In this document: positions 25,646 through 37,785 of the stretch, piece after piece | Position numbering within the stretch: position 1 is the stretch's first letter | How the letters are laid out: each line of letters opens with the position of its first letter | DNA from: Cetorhinus maximus | Lineage: Eukaryota | Length of the DNA stretch: 64,000 nucleotides | Direction: 5' to 3' | Assembly: GCF_964194155.1 (NCBI RefSeq) | Contig: NC_135890.1 | Span: 38,936,001 to 39,000,000, forward strand | The notes under the pieces: generated by a model | Seen by the model: only the letters and a program-made list of their open reading frames with translations | Told to the model about the DNA's origin: nothing | Databases searched by the model: none | Translations under genes and position numbers: made by a program

Positions 25646-26835
25646 AATGGAATAAATTGACACTTAACCTTCGATGTTTCATTCGACCTTACGCTTGGTC
25701 TGTGTTAATTACTGTAAATCCCATCATCTTGCTAAATATGGTCAGGTGCAGATCTGCATACTCCCTGATGGAAGTATTTCCTGCATATCCTGTGTTTACA
25801 GGTCAGTGCTCATTGTTTCAGTCCATCTATAAGTACTGTGAACTATGAATCTAAATCAACACCTATTCAAACCAACAGATACAAACTTAAATGATGGTAC
25901 AAGAAAACACATTTTTGGCGTTGTATTTCATATGGAGCTCCTTGTTCTCACTTTCTTACTTGGAAAAGGACGGGATCTCAATTATGGACATTAAGTGGGT
26001 TGTTTTAAACAAAGAGGGGCAGAGGGGGAATTGTTCCACATATTGATTTGGGATGTCAGTTGTGGAGAGTCTACTCTTGCCTCAGCACAACAACCCCCAT
26101 TAGTTCACAATAGTTTTCTCTGCATTTCTACTTGTAGATTTTAAAAAACCCATTAAAATTCATTGCGTGTGTTTAAAAAGGATATCCTGATCTGCCTCCT
26201 GAAGTATATTAATTTCCAGGTATGCAGGAAATTTGTAATTCAGGAATTATCCAGTCACCTCACATAAATAGAAGTTAACATCATACCTCCGAGGAAAGCC
26301 TCTGTACTCATATATTATCATTGATAATTACACATCTCATCATCTGTGCAGGTCTGTAGAATGTGTAAGGTTCTTCTAGGTATAGGCACCTTCTCATTGG
26401 GGTTAACACTTCTATTGTTCTTACTGTTCATTCGGTTAATCCATCTAGTTAGTTATGTTCCCCCGCATTGGTCCCATTATATCTCAAGGCTGTGCATGTG
26501 AGGAAAATACTAAGTGATATATTTTCATTCTGTTCACTATTTTTAGCAAAAGGAAAGGGCGTATGTATCAAGTAGTGCTTCCTCTGGTCTATTCACCTCT
26601 AGTTTTTTCTAAAAAAAAAGAGGCCAAATCAACTCTGTTCTGTTCATGTCATTAACTGGAGATGATTTTTCATTGAATGTTAACTGAATCGAGTTCCTGC
26701 TGGGCTGATGCCTGGCCTGAAGACCACCCACAGAAACTGGATATTCCAAACTGTGAGGCTGCCCTTTCAGATTGAGCATCTGCAACAGAGCAATCAGCAG
26801 CTTCCCCACACTTCAGCCAGGTAGATATTTCTTGC

Positions 26836-26977
26836 TAAAACAAAAATAAAAATACCTGGAAAAACTCAGCAGGTCTGGCAGCATCTGCGGAGAGGAACAC
26901 AGTTAACATTTCGAGTCCATATGACTCTTCAACAGAACTAAGTAAAAATAGAAAAGAGGTGAAATATAAGCTGGTTA
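26836..26977 (-). mobile_element. PLE terminal repeat fragment with minimal hammerhead motif (26901-26939)
   Basis: Similar to 33520-33657; minus strand reads AGUU CUGUUGA A GAGUC auaug GACUC GAAA ug UU AACU. Confidence 0.8.
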
Positions 26978-27587
26978 TAAGTGAGCAGTTGATGCTACTT
27001 GACCACCAGACCAAAAACTGCTTTGAACTTATGCCTGTAAAGCTCACAGCAGCAAACACTTCTCACTCCACCATTTTGAGTAACACTAATTTCTGCTGCC
27101 AAACAGGAACTCAGCTTCCGTTCTGTCTGACAACACGTGCACAGTTTCTCCTGCTGCTGACTTCATTGTTGTGCCCCCGTTGACTGCCTCCTGTGGTGAA
27201 CGGGGGCAGGAAACAGTGAAGGGTTGGAGCGAGAACAGTGTGTGTGTTCTTCTCTGTCTTTGTTAGATCTGCGCCATCATTGATGCAGGCAGCTACCTGG
27301 GATGTTGCTGTCAATGAGTCTTAGGCACTGCAAATGCAAGTGCAGGGAGTGCAGCCTCTGCAGTTGCTGCATCAGCAAATGCATCCTTTGATTGAATATT
27401 GATTTCTTAGTAATAAACCTGCCTGGTGCCTCTCTTATTCATGTGAATGAGTCAATCCAGGAAAAGTAGTTATGTTCAGCTCTGATATCAAGTCAGGCAT
27501 TTGAAAAAAACACCATTGAATTTATGCTAGGGCATAAGCCATGCTTTAAATGCATCATTCATTGGCCATAAAAAACAAACAGATAAT

Positions 27588-27845
27588 TGTAATGATTATG
27601 GTTTAGTTTAGTGTGTAATGTACCTTTAAGAATGATACTTGTTAAGGAAGATCACATAATCTGTAGTAACCAATAGGAGAGTCGCACAGGCTACCTCAGC
27701 AGCCAGTGTAGAGATAGAGTTGGAGTTGAAAGCACACGTGTAGTTGCTGCTGAGTATATTGTAAATAAACTTAATGTTTCCACTTAAGAAATGTCTGCAG
27801 TTTAACTCAATCAAAAATAGTAGCAACTCGGCCACCCTCACAAAA
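27588..27845 (+). mobile_element. Solo LTR of the same Gypsy family as 17712-17967
   Basis: Colinear and highly similar to 17712-17967; flanked by 5-bp TSD ATAAT (27583-27587 and 27846-27850). Confidence 0.92.
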
Positions 27846-28320
27846 ATAATCAACTCCTCAGCCCGTACAAGGAGGCACTCGGGAACAGACTTTCCAGTTA
27901 GTTTGACTTATTGGGCCATTTCATGGGAAAATGGCAACTTCCTCTCAGTCTCTTCCTTTAATGGGAGATTGGGCATTTGCTAAAGTTGCAATGCAACAAT
28001 AAGCATGTATCTTATCATTATAGTGTAGGAGGGGGAAGATGACCCATCAAAGCCACCCAGCAGAAATAACTCTGTCAACTTTTGACACAACAGATGGACT
28101 CTATTGAAAATAATGACTCAAAAACAGTATCTTTGCTTTGTATTTCTACATAAGAATTTATGTGGCACTGTGGAATTGCATCTTTAGTGTTAAAAAGCTG
28201 GATTTATGCCTTGCCAATTATGTTTTGATAATCTGCTTGAATTTGGGTTTCTCTCTGATGTTATTCAGCACAATATTGTATTCCAATTCTATAAGGTGAC
28301 TCCGTTACCCTATTTGCAAT

Positions 28321-28636
28321 CTTCACGCTCTCCCTTCAGATACCATGCCCTAAGAGGGCATTGGCGACCATGGACTTCCTTGTGTTGGTCCATGGTTATC
28401 TTTGGCAAGTTACTGCAAGTGGTTTGCCGTTGCCTTCTGCAGGTTCTGGGTGAGGAGACTTTCCCACTCTTAATGCCTGCCATAGGTGGATTGGAAGGAT
28501 TTTCAGGTTGATATTCAACCTGTTTGGTCACGTTATGAATGCACTTTCCATGGCCATCAAATTCTGGAGTGGCACTCAAGCTTGGGGCTTCTCGCTCAGA
28601 GGTAGGGATGCTACCTCTTTGTGCCACAAGACCCCC
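28321..28636 (-). mobile_element. tRNA-derived SINE with RTE-type body and tail
   Basis: Minus strand: head ggggtcttgtggcac..., then gaaggcaacggcaaaccact...cagta...ttgcc...catggac...gtccatggtcgc (RTE/BovB-SINE signature); 12/14 TSD accctatttgcaat / accttgtttgcaat. Confidence 0.75.
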
Positions 28637-30554
28637 ACCTTGTTTGCAATACATGAATTAATTTGCTGCCTCAGTTATCTTACTGCTGATATATTAAGTG
28701 ACAGTCTTAGGTGAAACATCGAAGAATATGCATTGAGGCCCTATTGAAACACCTTGAGTTGGATATCCATAATTATTGCATTTTCTACAAGAGTACAAAG
28801 GTCCCTTTGGCTTGATGAAATGAATCTTTTGTAAACACAATTTCTTCAATATCTATGTCTTAAAGATGATATTTTTTGAAAGGAGTTTTCAAAAAACATG
28901 TTACTTGTGCTCACCTGAAAATAATGATATTGATGAATGGCCCTTACAACCATCGACAAAATTCTGAAAACCTGATCGGAATTCTTTTTACAGGTGACTG
29001 TGAAGTTGCTTGTGAGCATCAATTTTGTTGGTATTAGACCAGATGTTATTGAGTTACGTTGTTTTTACTGTTATCCAAGCCCAAGCAAGCAGATGTCCAG
29101 TGTGTACAGTAATAACAGGCCACGGCATAGAAACAGAGTGGCTTTCAGAGGGCAGATCATCTACAAAGAAAAGTTACCCATTTTGCACTATCTGAGGCCT
29201 GAAGGCTTTAATTCTTCATTTGGTTGGCTGAGCATTGTTAAAGAGGCACTTTGCATTGGAATCATCAAGTTAGCAAGGCGAGATGCATGGTCTCCTGATT
29301 GCTTATCCCAGAGACACGGGTTATCTGTCCTTGAAACAACAATGTCACCGAAACTGCTTTATCTTGTTTGAAAGGAATGGTTTTTATATAGGCTTTTGGT
29401 TACAGAAAAGAATGGTGTCTTGTGATGCTAATTCCTGCCAGTGCTAATTGTAGAGTCTGGAATTTGTATTTATGGTCACACCTACAGCTGTGCTTATGAT
29501 CATCCTGAGGAAAGATGAACACAATGCAATAAAAATCTTGGTTAGCTTTTTTCTTGCAATTGAATTAATTTTAACTCTCTGCTTAAGAATGATGTGAAGC
29601 ATTTTATAAGATGTCACAGCATCTCCAGTTCCCTTGCTGTGTAGGACATTGTTGGAATATCCATAAAGAAGGTCGCAAACAAAGGAAAAATTTAAATACA
29701 TTTATCTGCACTAAAGCTGGTGGATTAATTTACATATGTAGCTGTTCTATGAATGTCAGAGTTACAGTTTTATAATTACAAAAACATATTCGCTGAGTTT
29801 TCCTCACTTTGTTATGTATCAGCTAATGTCAAGTTCCTGTATTTTTTTCAGTGTTTATTCTACATTACTTCATTTTTAAAGACATTTAAGCAACGAAATG
29901 GAAACCTTTGTTGGCTCGTGAGTGAAAACCGCTGGACTAGAGTTAATTTAAGCAGCTGAAAAGACCTCTACTCCATCTTTGGAGAAAAGCCTAATCTCCC
30001 TTTTAGAGAGAGATGATGCTTGCCCAGTCCATGTGTGCCAAATGATTTCAAAACATGAAAGGCAGTGGTGAAGTGTCAGGGCACTTTAAAACGAAAACCC
30101 CAATTGATAGTGTCTGTGACGATGATACTAATTGGAATGTGACAGCTGGTATCAGGCCTCATTAAATGCAGACAACCATAGCTTAGCCTGTTTTTTTTAC
30201 CCCCTGAAGCAGTTGGTTAAGTTTTTAACAAAGAGCATTCTTTTAAACAATTCTCAAAAGCAAAGTTCAGACACGATCAACAGCAGTAGGAATGGTTTGA
30301 TTGCTGATGAAGAGGTTAAAATGAACTATTGTCACTTACTGGCAAAGTTCCAACTAATGTACCTCGGCTGAGATGCAAATTATCTCCATTCTAAATTTGG
30401 TTGATGCTCTTGCTGCAAAGGAAGGGTTGTTTCCAATGGTAAAAATGTATCAAATAAAAGGTTTACGTTGTGAGCCATCTTAGTCTTAATTTTAGCAGCA
30501 GCTGTAGTGTGAGTTTATACCAGAAATAGAGCACCATAAGATCCCTTTGTCAAA

Positions 30555-30773
30555 AGTTAGAATCATTGAATGACACAACACAGAAGGAAGCCATTTGGCC
30601 CATTGTGCTAGTGCTGGCTCTTTTGTATCCTTTCCAACTAAACCCACTTCCCAGCTCTCCCCATAATCCTATAATTTGTTTTCTCTTCAAGTATTCACTG
30701 AATTCTCTTTTGAAAGTTACGCTTGAATCTGCTTCTGCCACCCTTTCAGGCAGTGCATTCCGAATCTTAACAA
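30555..30773 (-). mobile_element. Short CR1 3'-end copy
   Basis: gaaggaagccatttggcccat tail; ctgcttctgccaccctttcaggcagtgcattcc (WNALP..VAEA on the minus strand). Confidence 0.75.
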
Positions 30774-31370
30774 CTTACCGGGAACCCTTGACAGAAGTAG
30801 TTTCAGAAGATGCACAGGTTAAACCAGCACTTCACAGTGGTTCAGCTGTTATTCTTATCACGCCGTCTCATACTGGGCAAAAATATTTCTTTGAATTTTG
30901 TGGTATTTTAAACAAAACCTAAAGCAGACTCAAAACCTACCACATTCCATATATTGCTATGTCTGATTATAATGATTTCTAGTAAAAAGTTAGCTGGAAA
31001 CCATATCTTCACAGTTGTCAATGCCAAATTTTGTGTTAGTGTCTTTCTACCATTTCTAACTGAATCAAAATGAAAAATGTCCTTTTGAACTGATACAATA
31101 GTATCTACAGAAGGAGGTGTGACACACAGCAGTCAGCATTGAGTAGTTGATTCATTTACGAATAAATCATAGTGGTCGAGACACTGGGGGAAACTTGGGC
31201 CAGCAATATACTGATCAGCCTTGTCTTTAATAGAAGTGTTGCCACTTCAGGAGCTGCAACTATATGGTGAAAGCAGGACAACATAAAAACAAACAAACTG
31301 CTCAGTTGCCCTTCTCAATGATTGCCAGGGATGATAATAAATCAGATATATATTCTCTCCTGTATTTTAG

Positions 31371-31593
31371 GTGACCATTGTGAAGTGAGCAGCCGATCAG
31401 GCCGCTGTGCACCCGGAGTCTGCAAGAATGGAGGAACCTGCGTTAATCTACTTGTTGGCGGTTTCAGATGTGAATGCCCATCTGGCGAGTATGAGAGGCC
31501 ATACTGTGAAATGACAACCCGTAGCTTTCCTCCACAGTCATTTGTGACTTTCAAGGGCCTACGGCAGCGCTTCCATTTCACTGTCTCCCTCAT
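31371..31593 (+). CDS. CELSR1: CELSR1 coding exon (223 bp): EGF-like repeat and start of laminin-G domain 1
   Basis: Acceptor tctcctgtattttAG|; reads (G)DHCEVSSRSGRCAPGVCKNGGTCVNLLVGGFRCECPSGEYERPYCEMTTRSFPPQSFVTFKGLRQRFHFTVSL(M); donor AT|GTGAGT (phase 2). Phase matches the previous exon. GEYERPYCE and SFPPQSFVTF favour CELSR1 over CELSR2 (from recalled sequences). Confidence 0.93.
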
Positions 31594-32189
31594 GTGAGTA
31601 CAAATGACTAAAGGCAAACTCATGCAATTAAAACTCTCAAGAAAAGTGAGCCAAACTGAGGAGTGAATGTTAATATTGAACTGGAGTGAAGTGTAGGAGT
31701 CAAGTCTGTAAAGTTCTGTCAGTAGTTTGGACCTTGGTTATTTTCCAAATTTGTGAAAGTTAATGACAAGGTGACTTTCCCGCTTGTAAGCCAGAACTAT
31801 AGGACATACGAATGGAATGAATAAGTGTTAAATAAGTCTGGAAACTGGAAATTTCTTTCCTCACAGCATTATGGCTATATAAAAAAGACAGCTAACAAGA
31901 TAAACTGCTGGATAAATATCTGTCAAAGAATGGGTTTGGCGATCAGTGATGATTTAATGCTAAGTCTCAGTGATGGTCTTAGTGCTGTCAGAATGATGAC
32001 TAAGCAATCTGTGGAATATCAGGATGAATAATGTGATTTTTAATTCAGAATGAATTAAATTCTGGAGGTTTTCTTGATTTCCTTCCAGAGTTGAGGAGAA
32101 ACCTTTGAGTTTCATCTTGTTTAAGATTGTATTTGTGGTCAGTTGTGTTGTGAATGGAGCAGACAAACCAGAGTCCACATGGTCTGTGA

Positions 32190-33262
32190 CATAGCTCACA
32201 TTTGCCCATGTTGAAATCTATTTGCCCATTCTTAGCCTATCAATATTTGTTTGTAATTTTATGCTTCCATTTACACTGAATATATGGCTTTCTATTCCAC
32301 CATCTAAGTCGTTAATGAATACAGTGAATAGCTGAGGTCCCAGCACAGTTCCCTCCAGGACACCAGTAGCTACATTCTACCAATTAGAGCACTTCCCAAT
32401 GTTTGTACTCTTTGTATCTTTCAACTCAGACAATTTCCTAAACAGTTCAATAATTTGCCACCAATTCCATGAGCTTCAACTTGGCTCAACAACCTCTTAT
32501 GAGGAACTAGAAATCAAATGCCTTCTGGAAGTCCATAAATAACATCCACAGAAACTACCCTGTCCATAACTTTTAGTCACCTTCTCTAAAAATTCATTCA
32601 GTTTCATCAAGCATGACCCACCTTTTACAAAACCATGTTGGCTCTCTCTGACCAGCTGAAACTTTTCAAGGTGTTGGCCCCCTACCCTTAATTAAAGACT
32701 CCTAACAGTTTCCCAGCAACGTACGCTAGGCTAACTGGTTTATAATTCCCTGGTTTCCCTCTCACATTTCTTAAATAGCAGTGTTACATGTGAAATTTTC
32801 CAATCATAAGGAACAATTCCTGGATTAGGAGAACTTCGGAGGATTACAATCAAGGTGTCTGCAATATTCTCACTTACTTTGTTTTCTTTTTATTCATTTA
32901 CAGGATTTGGGCTTCGCTGGCTGGGTCAGCATTTATTGCCCATCCCTAGTTGCCCTTGAGAAGGTGGTGGTGAGCTGCCTCTTGAACCATTGCAGTCCAT
33001 GTGGTGTAGATACACCCACAGTTTATTATTTAAAATCCTTCCATCGAAGCAATCTAATCCTGGGAATTGTCTCTCTGTAGTGCCGTTATTTTCTTTATTG
33101 CTGTTATTTTGCTTGCATTAATATTAGTGAGTTCCTGTCCTTGAGATGTCTGACATACTGACTTCCTCTAACATAAATACTGACCCAAGATAATTAATCA
33201 GTATGTCTGCCATTTCCTTCATTTCATGACAATTTCACTATTATCACATTTCAATGACCCCA
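32190..33262 (-). mobile_element. Decayed CR1 RT fragment, interrupted at 32889-33022 by a 3'-end fragment of the tRNA-headed LINE family
   Basis: Minus-strand remnants of NYKPVSL, QHGFVKG, MDFQKAFD, VLGPQLF. Confidence 0.6.
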
Positions 33263-33519
33263 TGTTGAAGGTGGTAGGGCCTAGGACACTCGTCTGAGGA
33301 ATTCCAGCAGTGATGTCCTAGGATTGAGATGATTGACGTCCAACAACCACAACCACCTTCCTTTGTGCCAGATGACTCCAACCAGTGAGAGATTTCCCTC
33401 GATTCCCATTGACTTCAGTTTTGCTAGGGCTCCTTGATGTCCCACTTGGTCAAATGCTTCCTTGATGTCAAGTATAGTCACTCGCACCTCACCTCTTGAG
33501 TTCAGGTCTTTTGGTCCAT

Positions 33520-35572
33520 AACAAAACAGAATTACCTGCAAAAACTCAGCAGGTCTGGCAGCATCGGTGGAGAAGAAAAGAGTCGACGTTTCAAGTCCAC
33601 ATGACCCTTCAACAGAACTGAGTATAGTTAGGAGAGGGGTGAAATATAAGCTGGTTTAAGGTGGGGGGGCGGGGGGAGAGAAGTTGAGAGTGGGGTTGTT
33701 GTAGGGACAAGCAAGCAGTAATAGGAGCAGATAATCAAAAGATGTCACAGACAAAAGGATCAAAGAGGTGTTGAAGGTGGTGATATTATCTAAGAAAAGT
33801 GCTAATTAAGAATGCATGGCAGGACACTCAAGGTACAGCTCTAGTGGGGGTGGGGTGGAAAGACTGACAAGGTATTAGTTGTAGATTTAAAAATAATGGA
33901 AATAGGTGGGAAAAGAAAAATCTATATAAATTATTGGAAAAAACAAAAGGGAGGGGGAAGAAATGGGGTGGGGATGCGGGGAGGAAGTTTAAGATCTAAA
34001 GTTGTTGAATTCAATATTCAGCCTGGAAGGCTGTAAAGTGCCTAGTCGGAAGATGAGGTGCTGTTCCTCCAGTTTGCGTTGGGCTTCACTGGAACAATGC
34101 AGCAAGCCAAGGACAGACATGTGGGCAAGAGAGCAGGGTGGAGTGTTAAAATGGCAAGCGACAGGGAGGTTTGTTGGGCCTTTCTTGCGGACAGACCGCA
34201 GGTGTTCTGCAAAGCGGTCACCCAGTTTGCATTTGGTCTCTCCAATGTAGAGGAGACCGCATTGGGAGCAACGAATGCAGTAGACTAAGTTAGGGGAAAT
34301 GCAAGTGAAATGCTGCTTCATTTGAAAGGAGTGTTTGGGCCCTTGGACGGTGAGGAGAGAGGAAGTGAAGGGGCAGGTGTTGCATCTTCTGCGTGGGCAT
34401 GGGGAGGTGCCTTAGGTGGGGGTTGAGGAGTAGGGGGTGATGGAGGAGTGGACCAGGGTGTCCCGGAGGGAACGATCCCTACGGAATGCCGCCAAGGGGG
34501 GTGAAGGGAGGATGTGTTTGGTGGTGGCATCATGCTGGAGTTGGCAGAAATGGCGGAGGATGATCCTTTGAATGTGGAGGCTGGTGGGGTGATAAGTGAG
34601 GACAAGGGGGACCCTATCATGTTTCTGGGAGGGAGGAGAAGGCGTGAGGGCAGATGCGCGGGATATGGGCCGGACACGGTTGAGGGCCCTGTCAACGACC
34701 GTGGGTGGAAAACCTCGGTTAAGGAAGAAGGAGGACATGTCAGAGGAACTGTTTTTGAAGGTAGCGTCATCAGAACAGATGCGACGGAGGCGAAGGAACT
34801 GAGAGAATGGGATGGAGTCCTTACAGGAAGCGAGGTGTGAAGAACTGTAGTCGAGGTAGCTGTGGGAGTCGGTAGGCTTGTAATGGACATTGGTGGACAG
34901 TCTATCATCAGAAATTGAGACAGAGAGGTCAAGGAAGGGAAGAGAAGTGTCAGAGATGGACCATGTGAAAATGATGGAGGGGTGGAGATTGGAAGCAAAA
35001 TTAATAAATTTTTCCAGGTCCCGACGAGAGCATGAAGCAGCACCGAAGTAATCATCGATGTACCGGAGAAAGAGTTTTGGGAGGGGGCCGGAGTAGGAGT
35101 GGAACAAGGAATGTTCCACATACCCCATAAAGAGACAGGCATAGCTGGGGCCCGTGCAGGTACCCATAGCCACACCTTTTATTTGGAGGAAGTGAGAGGA
35201 GTTAAAGGAGAAATTGTTCAGTGCGAGAACAAGTTCAGCCAGACGGAGGAGAGTAGTGGTGGATGGGGATTGTTCGGGCCTCTGTTCAAGGAAGAAGCTA
35301 AGGGCCCTCAGACCATCCTAGTGGGGGATGGAGGTGTTGCTTGTCCCTACAACCACCCCACCCTCAACTTCTCTCCCCCCGCCCCCCCCACCTTAAACCA
35401 GCTTATATTTCACCCCTCTCCTAACTATACTCAGTTCTGTTGAAGGGTCATGTGGACTCGAAACGTCGACTCTTTTCTTCTCCACCGATGCTGCCAGACC
35501 TGCTGAGTTTTTGCAGGTAATTCTGTTTTTGTTTTGGATTTCCAGCATCCGCAGTAGTTTTTTGTTTTTATG
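33520..35572 (-). mobile_element. Young Penelope-like element (Neptune-type): 5'-truncated RT + GIY-YIG endonuclease, inverted terminal repeats with hammerhead motifs
   Basis: RT MGT..GPSYACLF, RYIDD, PFLD, YKPTD; Cys-rich linker CPRRRCNTCPF; GIY-YIG NLVYCIRC..C.LLYIGET..RF.EH. ORFs 34412..35173 and 33989..34321 share a frame and are separated by one stop. ~195-bp inverted repeat 33520-33714 / 35339-35532; TSD-like ttttggtccat / ttttgtccat. Confidence 0.93.
35433..35471 (+). ncRNA. Minimal (stem-III-less) type I hammerhead ribozyme motif of the PLE
   Basis: AGUU-CUGUUGA-A-GGGUC augug GACUC-GAAA-CG-UC/GACU: stem I AGUU:GACU, 5-bp stem II, palindromic ACGU in place of stem III, predicted cut after C35467. 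The opposite-strand twin is at 33581-33619. Confidence 0.7.
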
Positions 35573-36134
35573 TTTTGTCCATGTTTGGACAAAGGTTGTA
35601 ATGAGATTGGGAGCTAAGTGGTGCTCGCTGAACTCAAACTGAGCATCAGGGAGTAGGTTATTGTTGAGTTAATGTCACATGTTAGCACTGTTGATGACCC
35701 ATTCCATCACTTTGCTCTTGACTGAGAGTAGACTGATGGGGAATAATTGGCTGGGTTGGATTTGTCCTGCTTTTTATGGACCGGACATACTTGGGCAATT
35801 TTCCACATTTTTGGGTAGATGCCAGTTTTGTAGTTGTACTGGAATAGCTCGGCTTTGGGTGTGGCTAGTTCTGGAGGACAAATTTTCAGTACTATTGCTG
35901 GAATCTCTTGCATCAGTAGATACTGTTTGCTTCTGTTGACCTGCTCTGTATATTGAGCTGTTTCTGTTAGCTAACTTGCAGTTTCTTTTGCAGTTTTTAA
36001 AGTTCAAAATTAAATTCAAATGTGAAATCAAATTTCAGGTTGAGACTACTTAGCAGATAATACCCACTCTTTGGCCTCAGCTATATACAAACTATATCAA
36101 TGTAGATTATATTATATATATCTATATATACAAT

Positions 36135-37425
36135 AATTTAATGTATCCAAGTTTGCTTTCAGTACAAAGTTAGGTGGAAAAGTAAGTTGTGGGAAGGATA
36201 CAAAGAGGCTCCAAAGGGACATGGACAGGTTAATTGAATGGGCAAGAGCATGCTCGCTGGAATAAAATATAGAGAAGTGTGAAGTTATTTACATGTACCA
36301 CAGAAGTTAACAGGCAAGTATATTAAGGAGTTAAAGCAAATTTTATGTTAGCCTTTATTAAAAAGGCATTGAAGTATAACAGTAAAGAAGTACAGAGGAA
36401 CATAGGACTTAGGAGTAGGAGCATACCATTCCACCCTTTGAGCCTGCTTCACCGTTCAATAAGATCATGGCTTTTCTCAATTTCACTTTCCTGTCTGTCC
36501 CCCGTTACCTTTGATTATCAAAAATCTGTCTAACTCAACCTTGAATAAATTCAATGATCCAGCCTCCACTGCTTTCTGGGGAAGAGAATTCCATACACTA
36601 ATGACCCTCTGAGAGAAAATAATTCTCCTCATCTCAGTCTTAAAAGGGAGACCTCTTGTTCTTAAACTGTTCCCTAGCTCTAGTCTCCTCCACAAGTGAA
36701 ACATCCTCCTGGTATTTACCCTATCAAGTCCCATCAGGATCTTACCTGTTTCAATAAGATCACCTCTCATTCTTCTAAACTCCAGTTAGGCCCAACCTGT
36801 TAAACCTTTTTTCACAAGACAAGCGCTTCATCCCAGGGATGATTATTAAAATTTTATAGGGCTTTGGCAAGATGACACCTTTAGGACAATGCACAGTTTG
36901 GATAATCTTACCAAAGAAAGATATATTTGTCCTAGAGGGAGTGCAACAAAGGTTCTCCAGATTGGTTCCTGGGATGAGGGCATAGTCCTCTGAGGAGAGA
37001 TGAAGTAGACAAAGCCAATATTCCCTACAATTTAAAAGAATGAGAGGTGATCTCAATGAAACATATACAAAATTCTTAAGAGACTTGATAGAGTAGATGC
37101 TGAGACGATGTTTCCCCAGGCTGTGGAGTCTAGAACCAGGGGTCACAGACTCAGAATAAGGGATCAACCATTTAGGACTGAGATGAGGATACGTTTCTTC
37201 AATCAAACAGTTGTGGACCTTTGGCATTCTCTACCCAGAGAACTATGGATGCTTGGTTAATGAGTGTATCCAAGATAGAGATTTATAGATTATTGGATAC
37301 TAAGGGAATTGAGGGATATGAGAATAACGATGGAAGGTGGAGCTGAGGTAGAAGATCAGCCATGCTCATATTGAGTGGTGGAGAAGGCTTGAAGGGCCAA
37401 ATGGCCTTCTCCTATTTCTTATGCT
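36135..37425 (+). mobile_element. CR1 3' part with an opposite-strand CR1 3' end nested at ~36393-36850
   Basis: SKFA..TKLGG, LERVQ-like and RGDL remnants with tail gggccaaatggccttctcctatttcttatg; the nested copy has RGDLIET..RRIIFSQRV..WNSLP on the minus strand. Confidence 0.8.
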
Positions 37426-37434
37426 ATTATCTCT

Positions 37435-37785
37435 TTAACCTCCTCCAGCTTTTCAGCCCCCTGAGTGTTCTGCACACCTCCAATTCTAGCCTTCTTATAC
37501 GTTTTTGATTTTCATCAGTCCGCTATTGGTCTCCATGCCTTTAACTGCCTTAGTCCTAAGTTCTAGAATTCTACCACCCCTGCCCGCCCCACGCCCCCAA
37601 CAAACTTTTTTGCCTTGCTCCTCATTTGACATGCTCCTCGAAACCTATTTGACCAAGCTGTTAGTCACTTGTCCATATATCTCCTTATGCGGCTCAGTGT
37701 CAAATTTTGTTTATGAATTGCTCTTCTGAAATGCAGTGGGGCATTTATTAAAATGTGTTGAAAATATAAAAATTGTCGTTGTTTG
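37435..37785 (+). mobile_element. L2-type LINE 3' end
   Basis: gcctttaactgccttagtcctaagttctagaattct...tttgaccaagct...ggctcagtgtcaaattttg and a tail ending in (gtt)n. Confidence 0.5.

Larger units (their letters stand above)
33265..35906 (-). mobile_element. Internal RT fragment of the tRNA-headed LINE family, split by the PLE at 33520-35572
   Basis: LDIKEAFDQV on the left and WKIAQVCPVHKKQDKSNPANY on the right; the sequence joins across the PLE at ttttgtccat. Confidence 0.8.

Noticed and set aside
17712-27845. Two direct LTRs 9.9 kb apart read as one full-length LTR retrotransposon
   Set aside because: The first LTR follows a PPT and pol (so it is a 3' LTR); the second has its own ATAAT TSD; the interval holds unrelated LINE and PLE sequence.
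31322-31597. 91-aa ORF as a standalone gene (likewise 44879..45097)
   Set aside because: These are CELSR1 exons read through into intron; splice sites define 31371-31593 and 44923-45038.
34318-35175. 285-aa Pro/Ser-rich ORF overlapping the Penelope RT as a second gene
   Set aside because: Alternative frame of C-rich PLE coding sequence; no recognisable domain.
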